This document shows, piece after piece, positions 37,900 to 47,654 of a stretch of DNA of 64,000 nt. Each line of letters starts with the position of its first letter. Position 1 is the first letter of the stretch. The position numbers and the translations under genes are program-made. This DNA is from an uncultured archaeon (GTDB lineage: Archaea; Altiarchaeota; Altiarchaeia; IMC4; QMZM01), in the NCBI GenBank assembly GCA_964549685.1, contig CAZJVE010000006.1, positions 108 through 64,107 of the forward strand, read 5' to 3'. Under the pieces are notes generated by a model. The model worked only from the letters and a program-made list of their open reading frames with translations. It was not told where the DNA came from and searched no databases.

Positions 37900-38871
37900 T
37901 CATTCCTTACAAACCCCGTACTTCTCCTCGAACTCCTTTCTGAGGTTCCTGATTATTGCCTTTCCTTTCTCCCCTTTGACCTGCTCTGCGTACTCGAAGT
38001 CGCGCATGAGGGAGTTCTTGGCGCTTAGAGCAGTTTCTGGAGAGCGCATGTGAATCCCCCCAACTATGTCTTTATGCTCGTCCCTTGTGAAGAGAAAAAA
38101 TTCGAGGGGTTCCTTGTCCTCGGGGATAAGGACGTCCATCCCGTGGGGCTTCTTGAGATATCTGACGTCCAGCTTTTCATGGCTGTCGACCTGGTTCTCC
38201 AGCTGTTCTATAACGATATTGCACTCCTTGTAGGCCATCTTGGGGTCGCCGTAGACCCTGAAGGCGTGGTTGAAGGGCAGGTCTATGTCCAGCGGAGTTA
38301 GATAGTTGACCTCGAGCCGCTCCTTCTTGAAGCACCGGTCCCATACAAGCTCGAGATATTTCTTCCTGTTTATTCCGTCGGCAAGGGCATAGGTGTAGGC
38401 TATGGTCGGGAAGTCTATGGAGGCATAAACTCTCTCGGAGCCCTTGAGGGCCTTCACAATCCTCTTGTAGAGCTCGTCGTGGTCCATGTAATGCACCACT
38501 GGCCTCGTGGACTCGAAGGCAATCTTCCGGAAGTATTCCTCCGTCCTTGCCGATATCTTGTCGAATTCCTCCAGTTCTTTCTGTAGATTCTCCCTCTTCC
38601 CGGAGAGGATATTCTTGATGTTCTCGAATTCTACCGTGTAGGAGGCCCTCCTGCCCCTCTTTATCAGGCCCCTGTCCTGCAGAACCTTCATCTGCGAGAA
38701 GAAGTTGGAGCGCTGGATGCCCTTTCCATGGGTGTGGGAGTATTCCTTGTTGATGTCCTTCGGGCTGGCCGTCTTTCCCTCCGACTCCAGCTTGTAGATG
38801 CTGAGAAGGATTCCGAACTGCTGGCTCGTCAGCCCCAGGCTTTCCGAGATTTTCTTGTTTTCTATGTCCAT
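37900..38871 (-). CDS. TrmB-like transcriptional regulator (wHTH, coiled coil, C-terminal effector domain)
   Basis: LGLT..QFGILL start, SNFFSQMKVLQDRGLI helix-wing, then a coiled coil and an alpha/beta domain. Confidence 0.68.
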   Translation of the reverse strand: MDIENKKISESLGLTSQQFGILLSIYKLESEGKTASPKDINKEYSHTHGKGIQRSNFFSQMKVLQDRGLIKRGRRASYTVEFENIKNILSGKRENLQKELEEFDKISARTEEYFRKIAFESTRPVVHYMDHDELYKRIVKALKGSERVYASIDFPTIAYTYALADGINRKKYLELVWDRCFKKERLEVNYLTPLDIDLPFNHAFRVYGDPKMAYKECNIVIEQLENQVDSHEKLDVRYLKKPHGMDVLIPEDKEPLEFFLFTRDEHKDIVGGIHMRSPETALSAKNSLMRDFEYAEQVKGEKGKAIIRNLRKEFEEKYGVCKE

Positions 38872-38945
38872 TGTGCAGTCTGTCGGTTTTGGATTTTTAT
38901 TGGTTCGCTAGCTATCGGTTTTGATTTCAGTTATTTAGTATACTT

Positions 38946-38967
38946 AGCCGTATGACATTTTACGGCT
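38946..38967. promoter_or_regulatory. Inverted repeat AGCCGTA-N8-TACGGCT in a divergent promoter
   Basis: Perfect 7-bp arms between the TrmB-like gene and the CBS gene, just upstream of a TTTTATA box. Confidence 0.55.
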
Positions 38968-39000
38968 TTGGTTTTTATACTATGGGTAAGGAAGGTATAA

Positions 39001-39372
39001 ATGATGAGGATTCGGGATGTCATGACTAGAGGGACAATAAATATCGGCAGGGATGCGACCGTCATGGAGGCGATTGAGAAGATGCATGACTGCAGAATCA
39101 GCAGCCTTCTCGTGGATGAAGGGATAGTGACAAGGCGCGACGTCCTTGCCAAGGTCATCGCCCCTGGGAGGAATCCAACCGAGGTCAGAGTCTCGGAGAT
39201 AATGTCGGATTCCCTGGTTACGGTGCATCCCGATGCCTCGGTGGAGGACATGGCCAAGATAATCCACAAGAGGGAGATTGGTAAATTCCCTGTCGCGGAT
39301 GATAGCGGGGTTGTTGGTTTCGTCAGCAGCAGCGACGTGCTGAAGGCGGTGGTGCTGGAATGCTCAGATTGA
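39001..39372 (+). CDS. CBS-pair protein
   Basis: IRDVMT, GIVTRRD, VSEIMS and GFVSSSD motifs. Confidence 0.93.
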   Translation: MMRIRDVMTRGTINIGRDATVMEAIEKMHDCRISSLLVDEGIVTRRDVLAKVIAPGRNPTEVRVSEIMSDSLVTVHPDASVEDMAKIIHKREIGKFPVADDSGVVGFVSSSDVLKAVVLECSD

Positions 39373-39430
39373 TTTATGGTTTCCCACCTAAATTAATCAG
39401 AATCCGCTTCTTGCGGGTTTGGAGGTTAAA

Positions 39431-40099
39431 ATGGGTGTAGATGAAAAGGTGGGTGTTGGGAAAGAAAAGAATGAAGATGAGCTACCGGCAGGACTAACCT
39501 TTGCCGTAGCAATGCTCGGCCTTAGGGTCCTTCAGTTACTCTATGGTTTCATCACAAAAATAGGAGTATATGATGGCCTACAATATAGGGTGATAATTTT
39601 TTCAGTCCTTTTACTGGCCCTAATACATTCAGTTTCCATCTGGGGCCTCCTCAGAAAAAAACGCTTTGTGCTATACTCCGTACCGTTCTTCGTAGTTATT
39701 GATGTCCTCGTGAACCTCATCACCGCCTATCTGCTAACTATGATGATACTAGTTACCGTCGGCGTCTTCGTTATTTTTGCGGTTTCAGCTAATGCGAAAA
39801 ACTTAAATCCATTCAATGATACCGACAAAAAGATTCTGGCAGGGCTGCTCATGGTTGTCCTCCTTTATATGGCAGGATACTACTACATTGCACATCTGCC
39901 ATCCCCAGAAGAACATGCAGCAACAGTAACCCAAGAAGCAATCCAGAAAGGAGACTGGAGGGTTTGTGAGAAAATAAGTCAAAGTTTCTGGAAAGATAAC
40001 TGCATATCATCATTCGCAAATAGCGTAGGCGATATATCACTTTGCAATGAAATAAAGAGCGTAAATGTTAGAGACAATTGCAAACAAGAAGTCTCTTAA
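39431..40099 (+). CDS. Membrane protein with C-terminal Cys-repeat helical domain (hypothetical)
   Basis: About 5 TM segments, then CEKI...KDNC / CNEI...RDNC repeats; GGAGG ribosome-binding site before ATG 39431. Confidence 0.75.
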   Translation: MGVDEKVGVGKEKNEDELPAGLTFAVAMLGLRVLQLLYGFITKIGVYDGLQYRVIIFSVLLLALIHSVSIWGLLRKKRFVLYSVPFFVVIDVLVNLITAYLLTMMILVTVGVFVIFAVSANAKNLNPFNDTDKKILAGLLMVVLLYMAGYYYIAHLPSPEEHAATVTQEAIQKGDWRVCEKISQSFWKDNCISSFANSVGDISLCNEIKSVNVRDNCKQEVS

Positions 40100-40119
40100 A
40101 AATTAAAGGAGGTGGTACA

Positions 40120-43100
40120 ATGAGAAAATCAAAAATAGGTGTATTAGTGATACTGAGCGCATTATGTATCTCAAACTTGGTAATTGCAGAGGAATATCTT
40201 GGAAATGTTACTGTCTATGTTAAAGACCAGGATGGGGACAACGTTATCGATAACTCTCACTTAGTTGGGAACCTCACTGTCGAATTATGGTATGAGGGAC
40301 AAAAAGTTAACACCACGGTATTCTCAGAAGGTGATGATTTTGTAATCTTCAAGTTCCTAAACCACACCGGACTCTATACTGTCCGGTCAATAGCTTATCT
40401 CAGCTTCACCGACTACGAATGCTCGTCTGCTGGGTGTCTGATGGAATGTAGCTCAGCATGGAACTACACGTCAGGAACCACATTAACCTCCGTGGATCAC
40501 CGGGGTGTCTACACCTGCATAGCCTTAACCTTCGATGAGTATGGTTACCCAACCTACTTCAACCAGAAGCACGATTACCTCGTGAAGAATGACATCTTAA
40601 CATATATCTCAGAGGGTGAAAGTGACACAGCTCAGGTAACAATGCCTACAGATAAAGGCGATCTTGGTAAGTATGGATACACACTTATGCTATATGTAAA
40701 TCAGAGTGGAAACCTAACTACAATCAATGTGAGAAACATCACAGGTTATGAGCAAAAAACTGACATGTATTATGCTGTCGGAAAGGACATATATTCCTCT
40801 GGGCTGAGTGAAATAATAGACCAAGGCACTGAAGATGCGATAAAGGGTGAATACGGCAGAGGGATGTTATCCAGCGGTACTGCGACGTTCATCCAGATAG
40901 GAACAACAGAGCCGGAGAACCTGTTTACTGAAGAAACAGGCTACAGGGTTGTAGGCTCCTCACTCTCAAGCCTCTCAGGAGGTATAGCGACAAAGGTCGC
41001 ACTACTCTCTGGAGCCCCATCAGGTCCTGCGTTCGTGATTGGTGTAGTAGTAGAGAAGTATGGCAGCCTTACCGTTGACAACATCATAGACCAGGTTAGA
41101 GAAGCCAAGGTCTGCGAGCATGCAGAGACGGACGACTTTTTAGTATATCTAGGGAACGAGAACCAGACATGTAACGTGAATACTGGATGCCACTATAACA
41201 CCAAGTGCTTGAAATATCCTGTCGCTATGGTCAATCAGGGAGAGATACTCCACCACGTGGCAGTAGGTGCTGACTATGATACACTGCCCTTCATCTGTGC
41301 CACATGTCTTAAATTCGATCCATACTCACCGGAAGAGATGAGCACCGGCGAAATACATGAGAACGAAATCACCGTGAGCTATTATGACGAGTGCTATTCA
41401 ATATTCAATGGAACAGGAAGACTGCATCATGAACTGGAGTTTTTGCCAAGGAAGTACTGCAATTTTGATACTCCTGACATTTTATTTCTTGTAAACTCTG
41501 ATGTCCCACCCCTAAGCCAGCTCCAGACCTCAGAACCTTACATATCAGTCCCTTACTATCCAGAATACGCCTACCCACAGGACATGATCTTAATCAGCTC
41601 TGATGTAGTCGAAGACAAACAAATAGACACCGTAAATGTAGACTGGTCGATTAACGAACTGGATGGAGAGGCGATAATGGAAACCATCGGCACAGGAATG
41701 CATGCAATATACGGCGTCCAGCTACCAATACCTGATTCCATAGGAGAATTCCGGTTCAAGATTATTGCAAATGACACAGACGGTAATTCAGGCACCAACG
41801 ACAACGACCAGCGCATGTATAGCATTAAGGTCGTGGAGGATGCTGGTTCGGGAGGGGATGCTCCGGAATTGCAGCAGGATGCTCTGGATATTTCCGGGCT
41901 TAGCTCTGGTGAGGAACTGAGTGCATACCTTCTGCCGGAGAGGGGTGATGGCTATGACTGGTACAAGTTCTGGCTGGAGATGGGGCAACCATTCTCCATA
42001 GGATTCAATACATCAGACGATGCGAAGCTCTTCGTCTATAATGATGCAGAAATCATGGACTTTCTGGACGGGAAGAACTACACCGAGCTTATGGGTGTGG
42101 GAACAAAGGAGGGCTATGCCTTTATCCTCGTGAAGTCGAGAAGCTCTGAGAATGAGGAGTATGAGTTTTATGTTGAGACCTATCCAGAGACCATCCTACC
42201 ATTTGATAAAGAGAAAGACACCTCCAATATATTCAAGCCTTTGATTAGCAGCGTTTTCGAGTGTGGGAATGGTGAGTTTGGACATGATTGTGCTCCGCTT
42301 CAGACAGGTTCTATAGCCCAAGCAGGAATTGGTGGCTCTGGTGCTGAAATAACCTCCATTGGTGATAATCATATTTATGGATTACATCCAGGTGATGTTT
42401 TTAGCATCGTTCCGGTAATTATGGAGGACTGTAATGGTGATGAGAAGACCTATATCCGAGTTAATGTATCTTTTTATGGAGATCCCTTCTCTGTGTATAA
42501 AATAAATCCAATTGTTCGCGAGCCTGACGAAGAAAACGAGACCTATCCCTGCGATTCGGTTAGTGTTGGTAGAACACTAAATAGTGGGGAGGTCATCACT
42601 GCAAAAGTTCCTCTGATAAAAAATGGTAATGATTTTATTACCTCTTATGCAGTTAATATGGAACTTGTTGGCCCCCTTGGTAGTATTAAAACGCAGGAGA
42701 TAAGATTCAACATATCTCTTGGAGGCATACCTGAGTTAGAGAACATCTCCGTCCAGCACAAGTTCAATGGTATGGAGATAAAGGTCTTTGCTACAGACAG
42801 TGACCTGGATTGGGTGGAGATTTACAGTGACGGTAACCTGCTGGTTAACGACAGTTTCATTGGCACCTACACCCACCTCTGGAATACTTCCGGGCTGGAC
42901 AACGGAAGTTCTTATGAAGTATATGCGAAGGTTTTCGATAATGAAGGTAACTGGGCTGAAAGCGAGAGGATTACTGTAACTGTAAGGAATGACTTCATGG
43001 AACCTAACATACTCTCAGCTTTGATACTGCCAGTCAACGGAGAGGTTCATGGAAATAATGTGAGTGGTGAGGTCATTATCTCTGCATCGGCGTTTGATTC

Positions 43101-44064
43101 AGAGACGGGGATTGAGGAGGTCAGGTGGTACAGGAATGGGGGTCTAGTGGGTTCTGAATCATCTGTGACAGTAGATACTGCCGGGCTCGCGGACGGGATT
43201 CATCAGATTAGGCTCGAGACTGTTGATGAGATTGGGAATCTGGGTTATCTGGAGTTCCCGATAAATGTCGACAACACGGCCCCAGACATAACTGGGGTGG
43301 ATACAGGTGACAGCCCGATAAGGGACATGACGATTCTGAATGTCACTGCCTCCGATGATGGAGCGGGAATCGAGGGGGTCGAATGGTTTATTGATGATGA
43401 CGGGTGGAGAAAGGTTGGTTCCCACCGGGCTACTATGTGGGGCACCGCGGGGCTTGATGGAGCCTACCCCATGATGGTTAATGTTACAGACAGGGTAGGG
43501 AATACCGCAAGTTACCCGTTCAGTGTAAATATATTGAATTCCGCCGACCTGTGGCCCTACGTGGTTGAGGTGGAGGATGTGGCTGCTGGAGAGGTGATTG
43601 TTGTTGATGTTACCGTGTTTAACCTTGGCTACAGGGATGCTGATGGTTTTGATGTTGAGTTCAGGGTGGATGGGGGGCTGGAAGGCGTTCAGAGTCTCTC
43701 CCTGGCACCGATGCAGAATTCGACGCTTCAGTTCAACTGGACTGCGGTAGATGGAGTCCATGAGATTATGGTTGAGGTCGATTCTGGAGATGTGATTCAA
43801 GAGGGCTATGAGGGAGATAATTTAGAGGGCTTTTTGATAAATGTCTCCGCAGTTTCGGGATGTAGCCCTCCCGCTTCAGGCGACTGGACCATCTCACAGT
43901 TTACGGAATGCTTTAGCCAGCAGATAGCCCTGAGCGGGGGCTCTCTGCTGCTTTATGATGACCTTGAGCTAGAGGATACGAGTGTAACGACGGATAAGAT
44001 AGTCTTTAAGGATGTCAGTAAGATTACGCTGAAGGAGGCGAGCGTTAAGCTGCAATCGGGCTAA
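40120..44064 (+). CDS. Large secreted surface protein with Ig-like repeats and a CARDB-like domain
   Basis: Signal peptide MRKSKIGVLVIL; acidic, many N-x-S/T sites; A-x-D-x-x-GN Ig repeats; DL..V.NLG...VDS..I.E..E.DN CARDB pattern; GGAGGTG ribosome-binding site. Confidence 0.85.
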   Translation: MRKSKIGVLVILSALCISNLVIAEEYLGNVTVYVKDQDGDNVIDNSHLVGNLTVELWYEGQKVNTTVFSEGDDFVIFKFLNHTGLYTVRSIAYLSFTDYECSSAGCLMECSSAWNYTSGTTLTSVDHRGVYTCIALTFDEYGYPTYFNQKHDYLVKNDILTYISEGESDTAQVTMPTDKGDLGKYGYTLMLYVNQSGNLTTINVRNITGYEQKTDMYYAVGKDIYSSGLSEIIDQGTEDAIKGEYGRGMLSSGTATFIQIGTTEPENLFTEETGYRVVGSSLSSLSGGIATKVALLSGAPSGPAFVIGVVVEKYGSLTVDNIIDQVREAKVCEHAETDDFLVYLGNENQTCNVNTGCHYNTKCLKYPVAMVNQGEILHHVAVGADYDTLPFICATCLKFDPYSPEEMSTGEIHENEITVSYYDECYSIFNGTGRLHHELEFLPRKYCNFDTPDILFLVNSDVPPLSQLQTSEPYISVPYYPEYAYPQDMILISSDVVEDKQIDTVNVDWSINELDGEAIMETIGTGMHAIYGVQLPIPDSIGEFRFKIIANDTDGNSGTNDNDQRMYSIKVVEDAGSGGDAPELQQDALDISGLSSGEELSAYLLPERGDGYDWYKFWLEMGQPFSIGFNTSDDAKLFVYNDAEIMDFLDGKNYTELMGVGTKEGYAFILVKSRSSENEEYEFYVETYPETILPFDKEKDTSNIFKPLISSVFECGNGEFGHDCAPLQTGSIAQAGIGGSGAEITSIGDNHIYGLHPGDVFSIVPVIMEDCNGDEKTYIRVNVSFYGDPFSVYKINPIVREPDEENETYPCDSVSVGRTLNSGEVITAKVPLIKNGNDFITSYAVNMELVGPLGSIKTQEIRFNISLGGIPELENISVQHKFNGMEIKVFATDSDLDWVEIYSDGNLLVNDSFIGTYTHLWNTSGLDNGSSYEVYAKVFDNEGNWAESERITVTVRNDFMEPNILSALILPVNGEVHGNNVSGEVIISASAFDSETGIEEVRWYRNGGLVGSESSVTVDTAGLADGIHQIRLETVDEIGNLGYLEFPINVDNTAPDITGVDTGDSPIRDMTILNVTASDDGAGIEGVEWFIDDDGWRKVGSHRATMWGTAGLDGAYPMMVNVTDRVGNTASYPFSVNILNSADLWPYVVEVEDVAAGEVIVVDVTVFNLGYRDADGFDVEFRVDGGLEGVQSLSLAPMQNSTLQFNWTAVDGVHEIMVEVDSGDVIQEGYEGDNLEGFLINVSAVSGCSPPASGDWTISQFTECFSQQIALSGGSLLLYDDLELEDTSVTTDKIVFKDVSKITLKEASVKLQSG

Positions 44065-44086
44065 CAAAAATTAAGAGGTGATATGA

Positions 44087-46492
44087 ATGGATAAAAAAAT
44101 ATTGGCTGTAATGGCCATTGGACTATTATTTGGGAGCTTTGTTCCCATAGCTGGAGCAGTAGAGGGTTATTCCAATAGTAGGCCCATAGACTGTTCCAAT
44201 ATGGATGACGGCGTTCCGATTGTTGTAAATGGGTCGGGGGGTTTTGATTTGGGCTGCGGGAAGCAGATAGTGTGGACTTATTGCTCTGGAACAGGGACTG
44301 CTTTGTATTATAATGGTTGTGATGACTATGCAGTCTGGAATGATGCCGGGCAGCTGCCGATGGAGGTTGAGATGGGAGATGGAACTGATTATATGAGTAC
44401 GAGCGTATGGTCTGATTTTAATGCAGTATTCCACATGACGGAAACAAGCCCGATGGATTCGTCAACTGCGGGTGCTGATTGTACAGCAAGTGGAAATCCT
44501 ACAATCGCCCTTGGTAAGATTGGATACTCTGTCGACCTCGACGGTGGTGATTACGAGGATGTGAGTACGAACTTGGGCGATATAAAGGCTTCTGACTTCA
44601 CCATAGAATATTGGATGAAGAACACGAATGCTTATTCTACTTTTTCTTCACCATGTTACTTTGGCGATAGCGGCTATATAATGTGTGCCGCCGATGGTGG
44701 TGGAGGATACTGTAACGAAGCAAATGGTTTTTGTTGCGGTGTTTATGACGGCAGTTGGAAAATGGTTGATGCAGCGTCTGGAGATGTTTCAGCCGGGGCC
44801 TGGTATCACGTTGTTTGGGTAGTGAATCCAGGAACAGATATGAGCCTATATCTAAACGGAGGTCTTAAAGAAACTGTTGCAATAGGAGCAATATACAACC
44901 TTAATGTCATAAATACGATTGGAGCATATTATGGAGGAAATAGTGGTAAATGGCTTGGTCAGATAGACGAATTCAGGATATGGAATAAAGCACTTACATC
45001 CCCAGAAGTCGGCCAAAGCTACAACAACCAGATAGGAACTGCAGGGTACGGAGATCTGGGGACTGAGCTGCCTACTGGCGGGTCTACAACCACGACAATC
45101 CCCCAGCAGGGCGGAGGAGCAGAGGCAGTCGTTGAATCGGACATTTCAGGGAATCTGATTTTGAGCCCGGCGAGCGGTGCGAAGGTGAAGGTCACTGCAA
45201 GCCTGACTGACGGGACGAATGATGTGAGCATTGCAGAGATTCAGAAGAAGGTTCAGGATACGTGCGGGAGTACACAAGCTATCCAGTCGATATATGCTGA
45301 CGGTAGCACAGAATGTGTGGATGTTGGGGGTGGAGGCGGCGGAACCGGCGATATAACGGATGTCTGGCCAGCCAGCGGAAGCGGTCTGACAGGCGGCGCT
45401 TCTTCAGGCTCGGTTTCCATAGGGACAGATTTCAGCACAATTCAGAAGAGGGTATCAGGCACATGTCCAGCAGGTAGTTCCATAAGGGAGATAACGTCGG
45501 ATGGTACTGTTACCTGCGAGATGGATGATGTCGGCAGTGGCGGCGGAATTGGAAGCTGCAGTGATTGCGATGGTAGTTTTGTTAATGTGGGCGGGGATAC
45601 GATGAATGATGACTTGAGCATTAATGACAACATCGATAACGTACCAAAGCTTTATCTCACGGGGTCAAGTGGTGCTAGTTTAGTGGAGGCGAATAAGAAT
45701 CTGTACTTGACTACTGGAAGTTCTACATCGTCAACTTCTACTGGTCCTCTTGGAGATATTGATGGTGATGGAGTTGTTAGTGACTTTGAAGCGCATTACT
45801 GTGTAGATTTATGGGAAAGCGTATTGATGAGTATGGAGGATGCTATGGAATGCATTAATAATCGTCCAACAACTCTTTCACCTAACGACAACTCTGTAGT
45901 TATAAATGCCATTGAATTGGTTCCAAATCATGACAATGTAATAAATCTTGGGCGTGATGACTTGAGATGGAGATATGGATACTTTGATGAGGTTTGGAAC
46001 CGGGTAAATCATATCGAGGATGTCAGAGAATACTACAGGGAGAATCCTGATTACAAGTACGAGATAGGAGTGGTAGTTGCCATAGACACTGACTCGGAGT
46101 ATGAGATTAAGCCTCTAACGGATGTAACCGACAGGGTTATTGGGGTTGTTGCTGATTTGCCTAAGGATGTGGTGGTGGTGGAATGCGATGACAGCGGATG
46201 CTATGAGACAACGCACCATATAGATACTGATGTAGCAATCTACGGCAAATACCATACAGTAAATGTCAAGGGCACCATAAAGGTCGGTGACTATCTCGTT
46301 GCATCGGATGTGCCAGGAGTGGTGACGTCGCTTTACGGCAAGGAGCACCCTTTCAACAAGAATGCGTTCAAGAAATCGATGAAGAAGAAGGAGTACAACT
46401 TCAATGCGAAGATGTTCCCGACGCTGGGGATAGCAATGGAGGACTATGACTCAGATAATGTAGGGACGATTAAGGTTGTGCTGGGGAAGTAA
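44087..46492 (+). CDS. Secreted LamG-like/fibre protein with a tail-spike chaperone-like C-terminus
   Basis: Signal peptide; FTIEYW, WYHVV and GQIDEFRIWNKAL LamG motifs; Gly/Cys repeats; C-terminal DVREYY...IKVGDYLVAS...GIAMED. Confidence 0.78.
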   Translation: MDKKILAVMAIGLLFGSFVPIAGAVEGYSNSRPIDCSNMDDGVPIVVNGSGGFDLGCGKQIVWTYCSGTGTALYYNGCDDYAVWNDAGQLPMEVEMGDGTDYMSTSVWSDFNAVFHMTETSPMDSSTAGADCTASGNPTIALGKIGYSVDLDGGDYEDVSTNLGDIKASDFTIEYWMKNTNAYSTFSSPCYFGDSGYIMCAADGGGGYCNEANGFCCGVYDGSWKMVDAASGDVSAGAWYHVVWVVNPGTDMSLYLNGGLKETVAIGAIYNLNVINTIGAYYGGNSGKWLGQIDEFRIWNKALTSPEVGQSYNNQIGTAGYGDLGTELPTGGSTTTTIPQQGGGAEAVVESDISGNLILSPASGAKVKVTASLTDGTNDVSIAEIQKKVQDTCGSTQAIQSIYADGSTECVDVGGGGGGTGDITDVWPASGSGLTGGASSGSVSIGTDFSTIQKRVSGTCPAGSSIREITSDGTVTCEMDDVGSGGGIGSCSDCDGSFVNVGGDTMNDDLSINDNIDNVPKLYLTGSSGASLVEANKNLYLTTGSSTSSTSTGPLGDIDGDGVVSDFEAHYCVDLWESVLMSMEDAMECINNRPTTLSPNDNSVVINAIELVPNHDNVINLGRDDLRWRYGYFDEVWNRVNHIEDVREYYRENPDYKYEIGVVVAIDTDSEYEIKPLTDVTDRVIGVVADLPKDVVVVECDDSGCYETTHHIDTDVAIYGKYHTVNVKGTIKVGDYLVASDVPGVVTSLYGKEHPFNKNAFKKSMKKKEYNFNAKMFPTLGIAMEDYDSDNVGTIKVVLGK

Positions 46493-46509
46493 TCTTCCCC
46501 TTTTTATTT

Positions 46510-47616
46510 TTATATTGCAGATAGAAACTCCTCAGCATGCTTCTTTTCTATTATGAGAGGAGGCAGCACCCTGACCGTGTTGCCTGAGTAGAGGGTAAGG
46601 ACCCCCTTTTCTATCAGCTCGGTGACCTTCTTTCTGCCGTCTTCAGCGGGAATTCCTATCATTAATCCTTTACCTCTTGAATCAGGAATGGAATCGATGA
46701 GGTGTTTTCCGATGGCTGCGGAATTCTCTACCAGCTTGTCGCTGATTATTGTATCTATAACCGTATTGGCTACTGCGCAGGCAAGGGGGCTGCCGATGTA
46801 GGTCCCCCCGTGCTCTCCTGCCTCGAAGTCCTTGCAATTGAATGTTATGGCTCCGATTGGAAAGCCGCCGCCCATGCCCTTGGCCATGCAGACTATGTCC
46901 GGCTGGATTCCGGAGTGCTGGTAGGCGAACATCTTTCCCGTTCTCCCGAAGCCGGTCTGGATTTCATCGAGGATTAGGAGGGCTCCCTTGGATTCGGTGA
47001 GCTCCCGGACTTCTTTGAGATAGCTGTCGTCGGGCATTATAACACCGGCTTCGCCTTGGATTGCTTCGAGAATTACTGCTGCCGTCTTGTCTGTAATGGA
47101 TTTCCTGAGGGATTCGATGTCGTTGTATTTTGCGAACTTTGTGTCAGGAATGAGGGGGAGGAAGGGCTTTCTGTATTTTTCGCCGGAGGTGAGGCTTAAT
47201 GCACCAAGAGTCCTGCCGTGGAAGGCCTTTTCCATGGCTACGATTTCCGTCTTTCCGGTTGCCTTCCTTGCGAGCTTTATTGCCGCCTCAACGGCCTCGG
47301 TGCCGGAGTTGGTTATGAAGGTCCTGTTCATGGAGGTGAGTTTTGTCAGCAACTCGGCAAGGTCCAGTTGCGGCGTGGTGTAGAACCAGTTGGAGCAGTG
47401 GATTAGCTTCTTGGATTGGGAGGTTATTGCCTCTATCAGCTTGGGATGCGCGTGGCCCAGTGAATTTACCGCGACTCCTGCGGACATGTCCAGGTATTTC
47501 TTTCCTTCTGTGCTATAGACGTACATGCCCTCGCCCCTTTCTATTGCTATAGGGAGACGGGAGAATACTTGGGAATAGACCTCTGCTTCCCTCTTCTGGA
47601 TTTCTTCGAGATTCAT
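46510..47616 (-). CDS. argD: Acetylornithine aminotransferase (class III PLP)
   Basis: NSGTEAVEAAIK, FHGRT, DEIQTGFGRTG and AKGMGGGFPIG motifs. Confidence 0.88.
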   Translation of the reverse strand: MNLEEIQKREAEVYSQVFSRLPIAIERGEGMYVYSTEGKKYLDMSAGVAVNSLGHAHPKLIEAITSQSKKLIHCSNWFYTTPQLDLAELLTKLTSMNRTFITNSGTEAVEAAIKLARKATGKTEIVAMEKAFHGRTLGALSLTSGEKYRKPFLPLIPDTKFAKYNDIESLRKSITDKTAAVILEAIQGEAGVIMPDDSYLKEVRELTESKGALLILDEIQTGFGRTGKMFAYQHSGIQPDIVCMAKGMGGGFPIGAITFNCKDFEAGEHGGTYIGSPLACAVANTVIDTIISDKLVENSAAIGKHLIDSIPDSRGKGLMIGIPAEDGRKKVTELIEKGVLTLYSGNTVRVLPPLIIEKKHAEEFLSAI

Positions 47617-47654
47617 CTTCGCACTATAGTATCTTGGTCATATACAAATAAATC

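Noticed and set aside
40120-46492. Provirus suggested by the tail-spike-like protein
   Set aside because: Both large proteins carry signal peptides, and no capsid, terminase, portal, integrase or att sites are evident.
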